From the NCBI GenBank assembly GCA_013265495.1, contig MU058213.1:1488001-1552000 (forward strand): a DNA stretch of 64,000 nucleotides, read 5' to 3'. Below, piece by piece: positions 1 through 12,499 of this stretch (its first letter is position 1; every line of letters starts with the position of its first letter). The position numbers and the translations under genes are program-made. The notes below the pieces were generated by a model. That model did not search any database and was not told the origin of the DNA. It was given only the letters and a program-made list of their open reading frames with translations. The DNA is from Vicugna vicugna. Lineage: Eukaryota.

Positions 1-2109
1 TGTCTGCTTATAGAATAAAGACCTTGCCTTTTTTCCACTCTGTACCTAGAAGGCTGATCCATTCAAGTCACTGAAATGAATAAGTGAATGAACTAAGGTG
101 GCACACAAGCTAAATCTGACTCTCTTGATGGCTTCTTAGTGATGAAGTGAGAAGTGTAAGGGAGAAGGAAGCCTTGAGCCCTGGATAAACTCCAATTAAT
201 TCCATGTCAGTTTTTCTCTAGGGCTAGAAGCAAAAGACTGTGACTATCCCTAAGCAGACACTTTGGTTAAAAAAAAAAAAAGGATTAGTTGAAAACACAT
301 TGGACAAAGTAACACATTGGTTAAAACTGACCATGTGGACAAAAAAAAAAAAGAAAAATTCATTTCACTGGAGTTTTATATATTGACAAATTTTTATGCA
401 TCATATAGATAATATTACAGTATTATACTTTTAAGCATTATTATCCATATTCAGAAATTTTCAGGGGTTGTGGGTCAGTTTTGTGAATTTTGTAGAATCC
501 TTACAACTTCATGTTATGGCTTTAAAATCCTTTCTGTTTACAGTAAAATTATCAATATACCATCTAGTAGTTGGAAACATTGAAACCATTCTTTTGCCCT
601 ATTTCTGTCAAGAAGTTAAATTTGAGTCATAGACAAGAGTTATATAATCAAAACTTTGCCAAATCAGTAGAGATATATTTAACTGAAAATTAGTTACAAA
701 TTTTTAAATGTACAAATTTGAAAAATGAACAAAATGCTAAAAGTGGATGGGCAAAACTAGGGCCCTAACTGGGCCTCCTTCCTCTCACTTCTGAGGCGGA
801 CACTGTGGTACTCCTGTGAAACTTAAAGGCTCTGGACAACCTAGTTTGAAAACCAGTGACCAAGCCCAACACTCTCATTTTATAGATGCAGAAACTAGAA
901 TCCAAAAAGACAAGTGAGCTGTTTTGCAAACTTAGGTGTTCTTACTGCTAGGCCAGTGATAGAAGGAGGAAACCTGCCTTGACTCCAGACTCACTTTTTC
1001 TGAGAGAAAAAATATGGTGTCTTTGCTTCACTGAATGTGAGTAGAATAAAACTGTCTTCCCAGAGACTGTTCTTCAGGCCCATTTAAAACTTGTTAAGTA
1101 AGTGGTCACTCTGTATGGGATGTGTACCCTCTTGGAGGCAGGGAAATGCCTCAGTCACGAGTAAAGTACATCTGTGGGAGTCCACACACATGACTTCCTT
1201 TTTCAAGCATGTTCTTAGTATAACCTGTAAAGTCACATGTGACATGATGCCTGTCTGAGCCTTAGGTTCTTATTTTTAAAATTAAGGGCTGGGAAGTATA
1301 ATTTTTCTGGGGTCTTCTCTGGTTTTGGTGTTCTGTGATGTTAGAGGACATGGCACAGTTTCTGTAGCTGAGTACTCTATAAAGGGTCCTATTCCATTTT
1401 CCTAGCATAGAGGGATACATAACCAGTCTTCTCAGTTTAGACTGCCTTACATGAAGAGGTGAAAATTCCTTTCGTTATTAAAAAATTAAAAAAGTTTATT
1501 TGTAAAGGAAACGGAGGTCTTTTCTTTTCATTTTAGGCTTGCTATGGGATTCTGAGACTTGAATGATGCTTTCGTTTATTCAGTGTATCTTGAGTAAAAA
1601 ACTGTGCTAGGCTGTGGGTCAGGGACTAGGGGCTAAAGAGGTGATGAAAAACTGGTCCTGACCTTAAGGAGTCCACATAAACAAATGTAATTCTTAGAAC
1701 CAGGTCAGGATATTCATATGATAGTGATAAAAATGACCAAGTACTTTTACCTGCATTCTCTCTTCAAGTCCTCTCATCTATTATCTCATTTAATAGATGG
1801 GGTAGATAAGGAAACCAAGGCTCAGAGAGGTTAGAGACTTTGGAAGGTTGTTATCACTATTGAGAATAGATTAAATAGAATAGACTTTAGGCATTGAGAT
1901 CCTAGTAAGGAAATTACTGCAGAGGTGTAGGTAGGTAATGGTGTGGTTTTGAATTCAGCAGAGGCCATGGGCATGATGGGTAGGACAAGCCTCAGTATGC
2001 TGCCTTGCTTATATTTTCCTTTTAAAAGGTTCTGGCTACAAACCTTTTCCACATAAAGCATTGTATTGATACAGATTGTTATTTATCAGATCAAGAATGT
2101 ATGCTTAAC

Positions 2110-2600
2110 ATTTGTGACAACATAGATGAGCGTGGAGGACTACGTGAAATAGGCTAGACACAAAGACAGATACTACATGATACTGCTTATAAGAGGAATC
2201 TAAAATAGTCAAACTGAGAGAAGCAGAGAGTAGAATGGTGATTGCCAGGGGTTGGGGGAGGGAGAAGTGGGGAGGTATTAGTCAAAGGGTGCAGAGTTTC
2301 AGTAATGCAAGATGAAAAAGTCCTGGGGATCTACCATACAGCCTGGTGCCTATAGTTAATAATATAGTTAATACCATACATTTGCTAAGATAGTAGATCG
2401 TATGTTAAGTGTTCTTATCACACACACAAATAATAATAAAAAAAGAAGGTGAGAGGACACTTTTAGAAGTAATGGGTATGTTTCTGGCAAAGATTGTAGT
2501 TATGGTTTCATGGATGTATACATATCTCTGAACTTATCAAGTGGCATTAAATAAGTACAAATTTTGTGTGAATCATACCTCAATAATGTGATTTTAAAAA
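2110..2600 (+). mobile_element. Old L1 3' end (L1MA/L1MB-type), 5'-truncated
   Basis: ORF2-end/3'UTR motifs (ggaatctaaaatagtcaaact...gagagtagaatggtgattgccagggg...atacctcaataa) with A-rich tail; degenerate flanking direct repeat aagaatgtatgcttaac (2093) / aagaatgggtacataac (2600). Confidence 0.85.
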
Positions 2601-4287
2601 AGAATGGGTACATAACCTAAGAATAGCCTGTCTGTAGACTTGGCTAGCAGCCAATGGGATAGTCTGGAACAAAAGCCATGGCCAATGGTAGTGGGTGAAT
2701 TAGATCTTGTGACTTGAGATATGTGAACTTGAGAAACAGAGGAAGAGTTAAATAGTCAGAAGCCATAATGAAAGTTGAGAAGACATAGAGCAAGGCAGAA
2801 TCACTGTGTGGTAGAACAGTAGGGCTGTGATCAGTAAATTCTTGATGGAAGGTTACCTTGATCTCTAGAAACATATTGGATCCTCAATGAACTTTACATT
2901 CCCCAAGCATGTTCTGACCACTTTGAGCCTTGCTTTGAGCCAAATCTCCATGGTTAAGATTCTCATCATCTTTATTCCTACATGCTATCCCCCAAATCTT
3001 CTTTGCCGGAAGCAAACCAAATTATATTGTTCCTTGCAACCGAAAAACCTCATCTAAAATTGGGGTTGAGAGTAGGAACCACACTTGGGAAATTTTCTTG
3101 AGGAAACAAAGCTGGTGGGATTTGATAACCAATTTTTATCATTATTGATTATTTTCAAAAACTAGAAGTATTAGAAGAGAGAAAGCCACTGTATTTTACA
3201 ACAAACCACACAGAAACAAATCTGACACGTGTGGTTTTAAACCATGGAGTCTTAATTTCCAGCCAAATTAAGGCAGCAATAGACTAAATAAATATTAGAG
3301 GCTATAACAACCAGAAGCAACATAAAATGGAAAATGCATCACAAGAAATTAAAAGAACTGGAATGGTTTGGAGCAACCACAATTGAACTCTGCAGGAGCT
3401 GCTTTTGTTTCTCTGCCTTAAAGTGTATTTTTTACTGCAGATTAATAGCCTCCATTCAGGGAGGAAATGGCCCTGGATCACTGTTCCATTTTAGGAACCA
3501 CAGGTGGTGTTGTATACATTTTGTTTATAACCTTAGGGGTGAGTGAAAAACAAAACCTAACCAAGAAAACAGTGACCATGGATGAGCTTTGCCAACATTT
3601 CCTTCCTAGTCATTCCTGCACAATCAGACACATAATGGCATGATAATGAGCACGAAGTTCCACTGTCTACCTAGAAGGTCAGTTTTAAATAAGAGTAAGA
3701 ACATGGGTGTATGTGGTAGATGTGTATGTGAAGTGAAATTTAAAAAAAATTTAGTATGACTAATTTATTCATGTCTTGCATATTAAGTAACATTCAGAAT
3801 TCACCTCATCGAAGGGGCCCCTACTTTTGAAGAATGTAGATTAATAAGCCTCCTTGCTCAAAAAATGAGCTTCAATATTTGTACGAATCATAGAGTCAAA
3901 AGAAAAAAATCGATGGTCTATCGACTACTGGGGACGATCACATTCATTTTGCCCTTTGTGGTTGGTGAAATCCATGCTGCAATTACAGAGACAGGCTGGC
4001 AGCAAAGAGCCTCAGTCGGGCTTTCAGCTCCACATTAATCCAAAACTCCCCATTTTAATGCAGATATAGATTGCCACCAGTCAATAGCTGACTACTTGAA
4101 TTGTGGAGTAGCAGCTCCACTCGGCTCTGGCAGGCCTGAGCTTACAGTATTTGGGAATTTCAAAGCTTTGCTGTTGAACCAGCTTAGCTAAGGCTCAAGG
4201 GGAGGTGCGGTTGTGCTGATGCTGTTGAAAAGATCTGTCTTTGGGATCTAAAACACAGATTGTAGCAAATTTCAAGGTGGGCGGGTC

Positions 4288-4470
4288 ACAGAATTATAGG
4301 ATTGTAAAGCTGGAACGGACCTCAGAGGTCGCCTGGTCCAGCTCCTTCCTTAAAGATGAGGAAATTGAGGTCCATAGAGGTTAACTAACTTGCATGTGGT
4401 TACACAGCTAGTCAGCAGAGGACCCCGTTTTAGAAAAAAAGATATGTCTTCCTGGGCTTTTCACTACTCT
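4288..4470 (-). mobile_element. MIR/MIR3 SINE
   Basis: Reverse MIR core agatgaggaaattgagg...agaggttaactaacttgc...cacagctagt. Confidence 0.75.
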
Positions 4471-4839
4471 AAATAAGTTATAAAAAGTCAAAATTTGCTT
4501 TATTTACTGGATCACACATGTGTGTGCATGCAATAGGTGCATTACTGAATAGCTTTTATTTAATCTAGTTTTAGTGTTCAATGATCCATGAAATGCAGTC
4601 GGGAGGAAATCTTTCTTACCACTGGGAGTATGTATGCAGCAATGCCAACATAAAAAACTTACAGCTGAGGGAAAGGCAAGATCCTGTGTTTGGGGCATTA
4701 AATGGGACAAGATTGTTAAAAAGTGCTTTCTAAGTGGTAAAGGGCTATACCCATGTTAGAGTTAAGGGTTATATTAAGGCACACTATTTTGGGATCAGAT
4801 TTTTATTTCAGGCAGTACTTTAGTTGTTACTTATATCAA

Positions 4840-4955
4840 ACTAGACTGCTAATGCATTGAGAATGAGGAACAGTATCTTTTGTCTATCATCAGCAAATAG
4901 CATAGTGGTTGGCACACAATTGGTGCTCAATAATTATTTGCTGAATGTTGAATGT
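4840..4955 (+). mobile_element. L2 3' end
   Basis: ggcacacaattggtgctcaataattatttgctgaatgttgaatg matches the L2 3' terminus. Confidence 0.75.
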
Positions 4956-4977
4956 TGTGTATCTAAATCCATATAAT

Positions 4978-5148
4978 AAGCCTTTGTACCCAAAATGTGG
5001 TTTGTGGTCCAGAAGCATCCATACTGCCTGGGCATATGTTAGAAATGCAGAATCCCAGGTCCTAAGTCAGATCTCCTGAAGCAGAACCTGCGCTTTGACA
5101 AGATCCCCAGGTGCTTAGCTGATTCATGAGAGTTTGAGATGCCTTGCA
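4978..5148. mobile_element. MER5A-like hAT-Charlie MITE
   Basis: gttagaaatgcagaatcccagg...gcagaacctgc...acaagatccccaggtg...agtttgaga. Confidence 0.75.
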
Positions 5149-7831
5149 TTAAGCTGTGCTGAACTGAGTTCCTAATCATTCAAACCCTATTATGATGAAT
5201 TTAGGTGTAGAGTCTGCACAGGAAGCGACAATGGTGAGTGTTCAAAGATTTCCCAAATGAATAGCCCTAAAATTATCCACACACCATTATAGGATGGTCG
5301 TGTGTGTGTTTGTATGTGTGTGGTCCTTAGTTAACAGAGGGAACAGTGAATTTACAACTCTCATCTCGTTCCTAATAGGAGCATGTTTTCAAGTAGAATA
5401 GTACCACTAAATGGTGGTTTCTCTCTCTCTCCCTAACACGTATAAGGTGATTTATATGACATTTGTTTACATTGTAACTCATAAATGCACTTATGATGAG
5501 ACTTTACTGTCCACAGAAAATATTTCTTTTAAGCACAGTGATATGCTTTTTAGTATTATGACTTGCATACATTTCCCCTGTTGAGTATGTTCAGTTATAA
5601 CAGCTAGTCACATTGAAATCCATGGTTTTCACCCAGTTGTGTTGCACTTAACTGGAGAATTATAGCTATAAACATCTTCTTTCAATTGGAATTTTGAAAC
5701 ATGGTGATGGGACGTGAATCATCAGTCTCTCTCTCACAATGCCCTTAATACCAGTGGGCTTTGTAGGTTATTTATAGCCTGAGTAGCTCCTTGGATGCCA
5801 CACATATTTCCAAAGAGGCAGTAAATGGCCTTGGCCTGAGGAGCTCTGAATCTGAATCCCATGTTCCTGTCTTAAGCATCTGTAGGACCTGAGCTGATAC
5901 TTGAATGACCAGACCTGGTCTCCAGCCTCTATCATCAGGTTTTTCTGTCTTCTTTCATGATCCTATCACAGAAAATCTGATTTGAGCTGAGGCTGAGCCC
6001 AGATTGACATAGGGTGAGAGTGTCCCCCTGCCCTGTTCTTGCATTGGATTATCTTCATCTTTCACTCTGTTGGTGTTGGCCTTGAGACCTGTACTGAAAT
6101 ACTTTGAGAAGGCAGGTACATGGTTGATGAAGTGAGGGTCCCCTGTCTCTGATGGAATGATCAGAATTTAGCCACTTAAACCAGACATCCTAGCAACAAC
6201 CAGCTCACTTTCACCAGCTTTGTAAATAACTCCAGGACTCCCTGGGCTTCCATGGGGAGAAGTGAGGTTGCCCTGCAGAGAAAGCACTGGAAGGACTAAT
6301 CAGAAATAAAAGAAGTTCTCTAAGGGCACGTCTGGTCTCTGCAGCTGCGGTCCCATGTTTCATCCCCACCCTAGTCTTTCATCTCTGCCCTGCACTCTGC
6401 TGTGCCTTTTTCTTTTTCAGGCTCAATCACTTTGTAAAGTCCCCCTCCTGTCTTCCCTTCTCATTCCTTCCTCTTTAATTCTCTAATAAAAAATTTATGC
6501 AGCCTGGGCTGAGCATGCTTACTAGTTGTAGGCAGGTTGTGTTTGTATGGGGGTAGCTACAGCAGTATGTCTCTATGGTGTTTCTATTATCTACATGAGA
6601 GTAATTCACCAAATCAGCAAACAGATCAGCTGGAAACCTCTTGCCTTATGACAGAACAGATCAGTTCAAACTGAACAGTTTCCTGGAACATATTGCTGGG
6701 CCACCTAGCTTGACTGTGAAGAAAGCTACTTCTGTTCCCACTGATGCTGACTAGTTCATCTCAGCGGCTTGCTTTTAGACACTAGCATATATTCTGAAAA
6801 AAGTAAAAAGTGGAGTTGGCCTACACTGTCCTGTATTTTAACCAACTATGATTGTGAATGGACAGACTGCTTTAGGAAAATAATTTTCCCCAGGCAGAAT
6901 TTGGACATTATTTTTTTGATTGAAGCAAAGGCAAGTACTACATAAAGACATAGCCACAATCAACTTTGACTGTCGTTCCTACAGACAAGCTCAATATCAC
7001 TGCCAATATTTGCCTCTTTTCCCATGTACTATTCTTGTAAAATTTGGTTAAAAAGAAAGCTGTTTAAGATGGAGATATGAGTCTGTTATTTAACTCCTCT
7101 AATCCCAAATTTCCATGGAAATAGATAAAAGAATCTGAAGATGGCAGTATGTGTGTCAATACCAGTGTTGAAAGTAAGGAAAAGGCTAGAGACTTTAAGG
7201 AGTTTCTTTAAGCCAGGCTGGTATTACTAGATTGAAGGGAAAAATAATTAATCTGTGATTGGCCTGGGAAACAACTAGAAGGTACTTCCCAGTAGATGCC
7301 CCTGGAACATGTATCTAGTGGGTAGGGTCTACAGGGGAAGCTGAACCTTAAAGCAGTTGTTAGGAGTCTTGATCATAAGAGCATCTTGGGGAAAGACATG
7401 ATGTGCTGGGGTCCAGAGTGGAGTCCTGTGGACTGGACTACGTCCGTTCAGTTCTGTTTGGCCCTACTGGAGTGGGAAGGAAGCGGTGGCAATTCTAGAG
7501 GGCTCCATTGAGAGCAGATATGCGAGTGGAGAGTGGGGACCCTGTATTTCAAAACTTCAAGCTACCTTAACAGAGACAACTCCTTGACCTACTGATGAAT
7601 TATAGCTCTTTGTCTCTTTTTCACTGATAACCAGACTGGTGATCTAGCAAAGTCAGATTATAGAATTTATAAAGTTTTTCCTCATTCCTTCATTTGGTCC
7701 TGAAACATGCAAATAGAAGCAAGCAGCATGTCTGCCAGACTCCATCTTAACTCCCAAGAAAAGCATGTATTTTTTGTCTGAAGGGAATAAATTGAGGAAA
7801 TTATTGTATACATGTAAAGACCCAGTAAAAC

Positions 7832-8030
7832 ACAGCTAACACTTATCAAGCACTAGCTGTGTGCCAAGTCCTTGATGTAAATTGCCTCTTCTAATCCTTA
7901 CAATAACCCTAAAATCTGGGAATTATACATACATCATACTTAAGTGAACAGAGTTCCCTCTGAGGTTAAAGAACTTATTTGAGTAAGTAGCAGAACAGAG
8001 ATTTGAGCCCAGTTTTAACTCCAAAGTCAA
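7832..8030 (-). mobile_element. MIR SINE
   Basis: agctaacacttatcaagcac...tgtgccaag...taatccttacaataaccct...gcagaacagagatttgagcccag. Confidence 0.7.
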
Positions 8031-8149
8031 GAAATGATTGGGAACAGAGCAATTATCTCCTCAATAAATGAAGCTACAGAAAAAAAAAGTAAGAGAAAAT
8101 GGTACAAAATCTCTTCTATTTTTTATTAGTGAAATTTAGCAATGATATT

Positions 8150-8900
8150 TTTGAAAGAGAATAATAATCAGAGGAAGATTGCTTTAAGGTGATTGAAAAA
8201 ACCCATAAGTGCCAAGTAAAATTACAAAGGAATATGTGAACTACAGATTAGTTATAATAAACAAAAAAATGTATAATCAGTGAAGATGAAAGACAAGCCC
8301 AAAACATTTTCCAAGACTTTGGTGAAAGGATATCATTAAATAGGGACAGAGAATAGATAATCACACGAAGAATGAATCCCAGAGTTTCTATATACATATA
8401 ATAGGGACTCTATAATGGAACAGAATAGATGGAGGAAATGCAATGAAAAATAATAGAAGAAAACTGTGTGTTGAAAAAGGACATGGATGTCTGGATTAAG
8501 TTTGCTTCCCGAGTACCAGGCAAAATTTATGAAGTGAACCCCTGTGAGATATATCTTGGTGAAGTTTTTTTTAATATAAAGAAAATAAAATGTTCCTAGG
8601 AATTAAAAACAGGGCTAATGAGGAAAGTCTGGCATCAGGTTTTCCCAAAGACATGGATTTATGTCTACTAAGTTTTAAGTGAAACAGACATTCATCCTAG
8701 AATTGTATATTCAACCATGCTCTCATTCCCATGTGAAGGCAATGGAAAGACACTTCAGACACTCAAGTTCTCAGAAATATGAGGACCTTGCAACCCTTTT
8801 TTGCTATAGTCTCTTGAAGAAGCCCTTGAGCCAAATGAGAAAAAAAAAAAGAAAGAAAAAAGTCAAGATCTGAGGAATTTTGAACATACAAAGAAGTATC
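8150..8900 (+). mobile_element. HAL1 / ancient L1 ORF1-like fragment
   Basis: A-rich degenerate coding relic; cctagaattgtatattcaaccatgctctcattcccatgtgaaggc translates PRIVYSTMLSFPCEG, resembling the L1/HAL1 ORF1p C-terminal PRILYPAKLSF..EG motif. Confidence 0.6.
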
Positions 8901-8995
8901 TTAGTCAGTGAAATCTCTAAAACTTGGCACTGTTCATGTAATATTTATTCATGTAAATAAAACTTTGTGAAAACATCAGAAATAATTTCCCAGAA

Positions 8996-9083
8996 CAGTG
9001 CTATCCAATAGAATTTTCTGAGATAAGTGTTCTCTGTGCTGTTAGTATAGCTACTATCCATATGTGACTGTTGAGCACTTTCA
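8996..9083. mobile_element. MER3-like hAT MITE fragment
   Basis: cagtgctatccaatagaattttctg...catatgtgactgttgagcactt. Confidence 0.65.
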
Positions 9084-9264
9084 TACCAAGACGTTAATAA
9101 TTATTGTGTAAAGTTAACATTGATAAAAAACAGTTTGATGACTCCAAACCCTTAAAACTCTAGAAGTTTCTTTAGAAGTTGATGAAGAAACATATATCCC
9201 GGTTCTAGCACTTTCCTTCATTTCATTTCAGGTTCTTTTTCTTTGATTAAAGACAAATACAGTT

Positions 9265-9278
9265 CATCCATCTATCTA

Positions 9279-9310
<32 letters not shown>

Positions 9311-9328
9311 ACATCTATGTCTGTCTAC
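9265..9328. repeat. Compound (TCTA)/(TCTG) microsatellite
   Basis: Directly visible. Confidence 0.95.
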
Positions 9329-9330
9329 AT

Positions 9331-9504
9331 ATTTAATTGAAGTATAGTTGATTTACAATGTTGTGTTAGCTTCAGGTGTACAGCAAAGGGATTCAGTTTA
9401 CATATATATCTATGTGCCTATTCTTTTTCAGATTCTTTTAAATTATAGTTTTTTATGAGATATTGAATATAGTTCCCTATGCTATATAGTAGGTCCTTGT
9501 TGTT

Positions 9505-9505
<1 letters not shown>
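9331..9505 (-). mobile_element. Short L1 3' UTR fragment (cetartiodactyl-type)
   Basis: attgaagtatagttgatttacaatgttgtgttag...ggtgtacagcaa...gaatatagttccctatgctatatagtaggtccttgttg. Confidence 0.85.
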
Positions 9506-9539
<34 letters not shown>

Positions 9540-9549
9540 GTCTATCTAT
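9505..9549. repeat. Compound (TCTG)/(TCTA) microsatellite
   Basis: Directly visible. Confidence 0.95.
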
Positions 9550-10167
9550 TTGTTAATGGTTGAGATAATTTTCACTCAAGATTAGTGGTAAATAGATTTT
9601 TTTTGGTGGTAAGACTTCAGGTAAATTAAAAAATTTTAAATGCTTTCCAATGTGGCTTGTTTTTTTTTAAAAAATAATGAGCCAACATCATATTTTAAGA
9701 GGTCATTATATTAAAAACGCAAAATGAATATAAAAATAATTTCTAAGGATTAGGAGATATTCTTAGAAAGGATTGGGATCCTTTCTAGTTTAATCCTCGT
9801 AGGGTTTAGTTGTATGTCTTATAAGATTCTCCCTATGTTGCTTTGTACCACACTTGGTCTTTATAAACCTAATTTCTTATTGCTAGATCTTGAGCTCTTT
9901 GAGAAGGTGCTACATCTTATTCACAGGACATAGAAGACCCCAACTCATACATTTGAAAGGTGTCCTTCTTGTGTTAATTAGTCCTGTGCTTTGAGGATTA
10001 TAGATAACACATTAGATATCCAGTTTAAGTGACAGCCTCTTTTGGAAATTAAGCTGATTTTTCAATAACCCTTAAGGTTAGAAATCTTGTCAGCATTGCC
10101 CTGTTGTATATAACTCATGATTTAGGGATCATGACTTATTTTTAGAGTGTATAAACCATATTTATTT

Positions 10168-10345
10168 TAGCTCTACCACTATAGCTATGTTTCTTTAGGT
10201 AAATTACTTAACCAAAGCCTCAGTTTCTCCATTTGTAAAATGGAGACAGTAACAGACTTTAACTCTTATTATTATTGTGAGGATTAAAAAAGCAGCTGTG
10301 TAGTTATTGGCACATAGTATGTCCTCAATAACTGTTAGTTGTTGT
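10168..10345 (+). mobile_element. MIR SINE
   Basis: aaattacttaacc..gcctcagtttctccatttgtaaaatggagac...ttgtgaggattaaa...ggcacatagta..ctcaataa. Confidence 0.85.
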
Positions 10346-10367
10346 TTTTCTTTCCAGAGGAGGACCA

Positions 10368-10550
10368 GGAATGTAGCACAGAGAGCATTAGTCTGGAGAT
10401 CTGGGTTCTATTCCCAGCTCTGCCCATCAGTAGCAACCATGGGGAAACCACTTTTCTTTCCTGGGTTTAATTTCATCTGGTAACATAGAAAGAATGGAGT
10501 AAATGATCCCAAAGGGCCTTCCTGAATCAGCCACTCTGTGAATTTGTGAT
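10368..10550 (+). mobile_element. MIR3-like SINE
   Basis: agtctggagatctgggttctattcccagctctgcc...aaatgatcccaaagggccttcc...ctctgtga. Confidence 0.65.
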
Positions 10551-12113
10551 CACGATAGTTAGTCCAGTTAACTGAATAAAAGAAATTCAGGTTGAAAAAT
10601 GATTGATTTAAATTATCTTGAGGGTGTTTATTATTATAATGGATGCCCCAAAATAATTGTTCTCCCTTATTTATTTTGACAGCATAAACTTAGCCTAGAA
10701 TTATGTTAACTTTTCTTTTTCTGTTCCTTTTATCCTTTCTTAACTCCTGTAAGATTTTTCTAACCTATTCATTTCATGTTCTGTTTGATCTTCCGAATTA
10801 GGATGAAATTTTGTTACTCTAAACCTGTCTCTTTCCAGTATGATTTACAACAGAATCCACCATTTTGAAGAACCCCCGGTTGGAATACGAAGCTCCTCAT
10901 AAACCCTGCCTTCTTACAGTGTGTACATGGGACCTCATTCTGTAGCTTTTCATTACTCCTTGTTGTGATTTTTTTTTTTATTATTAGTTTTTAACAAAAC
11001 AGAAGGAGAAAGAGAAAATTGTTATCATCCCCTCGGGCATTTCTTAGTTACGGGAATGGAAGTTTAACTATTGGTGGAGACTCCATGGGAATTTGAAATA
11101 GTTTTAGTATTTATCCAAACTACCTCCTATTGAAAAAGGTAACCTTTGCCACTGATTTAATAACAGTTGTTCAACTCAATTATGTAAACACTTGGCACTT
11201 TTGATTCTTCTGGAGTATTATTGAATTTAAAAAATGCCCTTTAGCATACTAAGGATAAAACTTACCCTGTCTGCCTATCTAGAAGCATAATATAATATGA
11301 AGGTAAGAAATGCTGAAAAAAAGACTTTTATTTGAGATATGTAAACAATCTAATTTTCACCTTCAGTTGTCAATTGCATGCAATTGTGTAAAAATTAAAG
11401 TTAGCTCAAGTCAAGTCTGCTAAGCTATTATATACTTTGGCTATGATACCTGGCATTTGTAAAATTTGCTTTGCGTTGTTTTAATGGATGGGGGTCTCAC
11501 TCCACAAGGGTGAATTAAACACCCACTTTGGTTACCTGACACCAGGTAAACTGTGACTAAAGCTAAAATATATTGATGTCCTTTAGTCCAGATAAGGAGA
11601 AGGAAGGCCAAAGCACATGGTCTTTTCATCTGAAGTCTACAAAAATACTAACTTTAAATGGAAAGATACACACTTACATACTTAGAATCCCTGCAAAACA
11701 AGAGTTCCAAAAGTGCAAACGCCTTTGAATAAATTTATCCCTGATCAGTTTTTTTCACTATAAAGAACAAATATCATCTTTGGTAGTTTTCCTCCATTTC
11801 TGAAGAAGATCATCCAGTTTGTTCCCAGCGGTCAGACATGTCCTCCATTCCTCTTCCTTGTTCTTGAGGACTCACACTGTCTTAATCCTTCTTCTATGAG
11901 CCTTAACATCAGGGCAGAACTGGGGGAGAGGAATCAAGAGCAGTCTGGGTTGTCTCTTTTTCAGTTACTTTAAATTGCCCCTCTCAAAACATACCTGGCC
12001 AACCCTGGGTTGGCTTTCTCCTTTGCTGCCTGGGTCTGAATTTACCCACTCTTGTTTCTTGATGCCTGATTTCTCTGTTTTATTATCTAGATTCTTAAAG
12101 GGGCTTGGATGTT

Positions 12114-12148
<35 letters not shown>

Positions 12149-12157
12149 TATCATCAT
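12114..12157. repeat. (ATC)n / (CAT)n trinucleotide microsatellite
   Basis: ~14 units, one interruption; explains the poly-His ORF 11975..12172. Confidence 0.95.
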
Positions 12158-12319
12158 TTACTGCAATTATAAAGTCACAATGTAGGTTTGCTACCTGGAT
12201 ATACAGGTTTTTTTTTTTTAAACTTTGCAGATATTCTAAATCATGAGGACAGATTTTTAAATTGTGAAATCCTCTTGGATTTCACTTTTCATTTGTTAGT
12301 TTGTTGTGAGTTTTAAATT

Positions 12320-12440
12320 CATGGTTCCCAGTGGGGTTGCATAACAGAATCACATATGCAGATTTTCAAAATTACAGATACTAAGATCTTCCCATAGAAG
12401 TACTGTATCAGAAACTCTGGTCTTGAGGATACAGCCCCAA
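12320..12440. mobile_element. MER5-like hAT MITE fragment
   Basis: ttgcataacagaatcac...ttcaaaattacagatac...tcagaaactctgg. Confidence 0.5.
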
Positions 12441-12499
12441 CATAACAAATGAGTTGGAATAATAAAATTCTTACTCTCGGGAATGTGATCCAGAAAATA

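Noticed and set aside
1232..1243. 12-bp palindrome GTCACATGTGAC (E-box-like)
   Set aside because: Short enough to arise by chance and lies within a MIR remnant.
5930..6540. LTR-like stretch ending near AATAAA (similar uncertain stretches at ~7200-7550, ~20000-20480, ~38380-39060)
   Set aside because: Probably old ERVL/Gypsy-type LTRs, but I could not match a family or define termini, so they are not listed as features.
11672..11921. Minus-strand acceptor (ctctcccccag) with downstream GTGAGT/GTAAGT donors
   Set aside because: Weak exonic donor contexts, stops in all frames over the longer exon, no recognisable peptide.
11975..12172. ORF with poly-histidine run
   Set aside because: Produced by a (CAT)n microsatellite; non-ATG start and no other coding signal.
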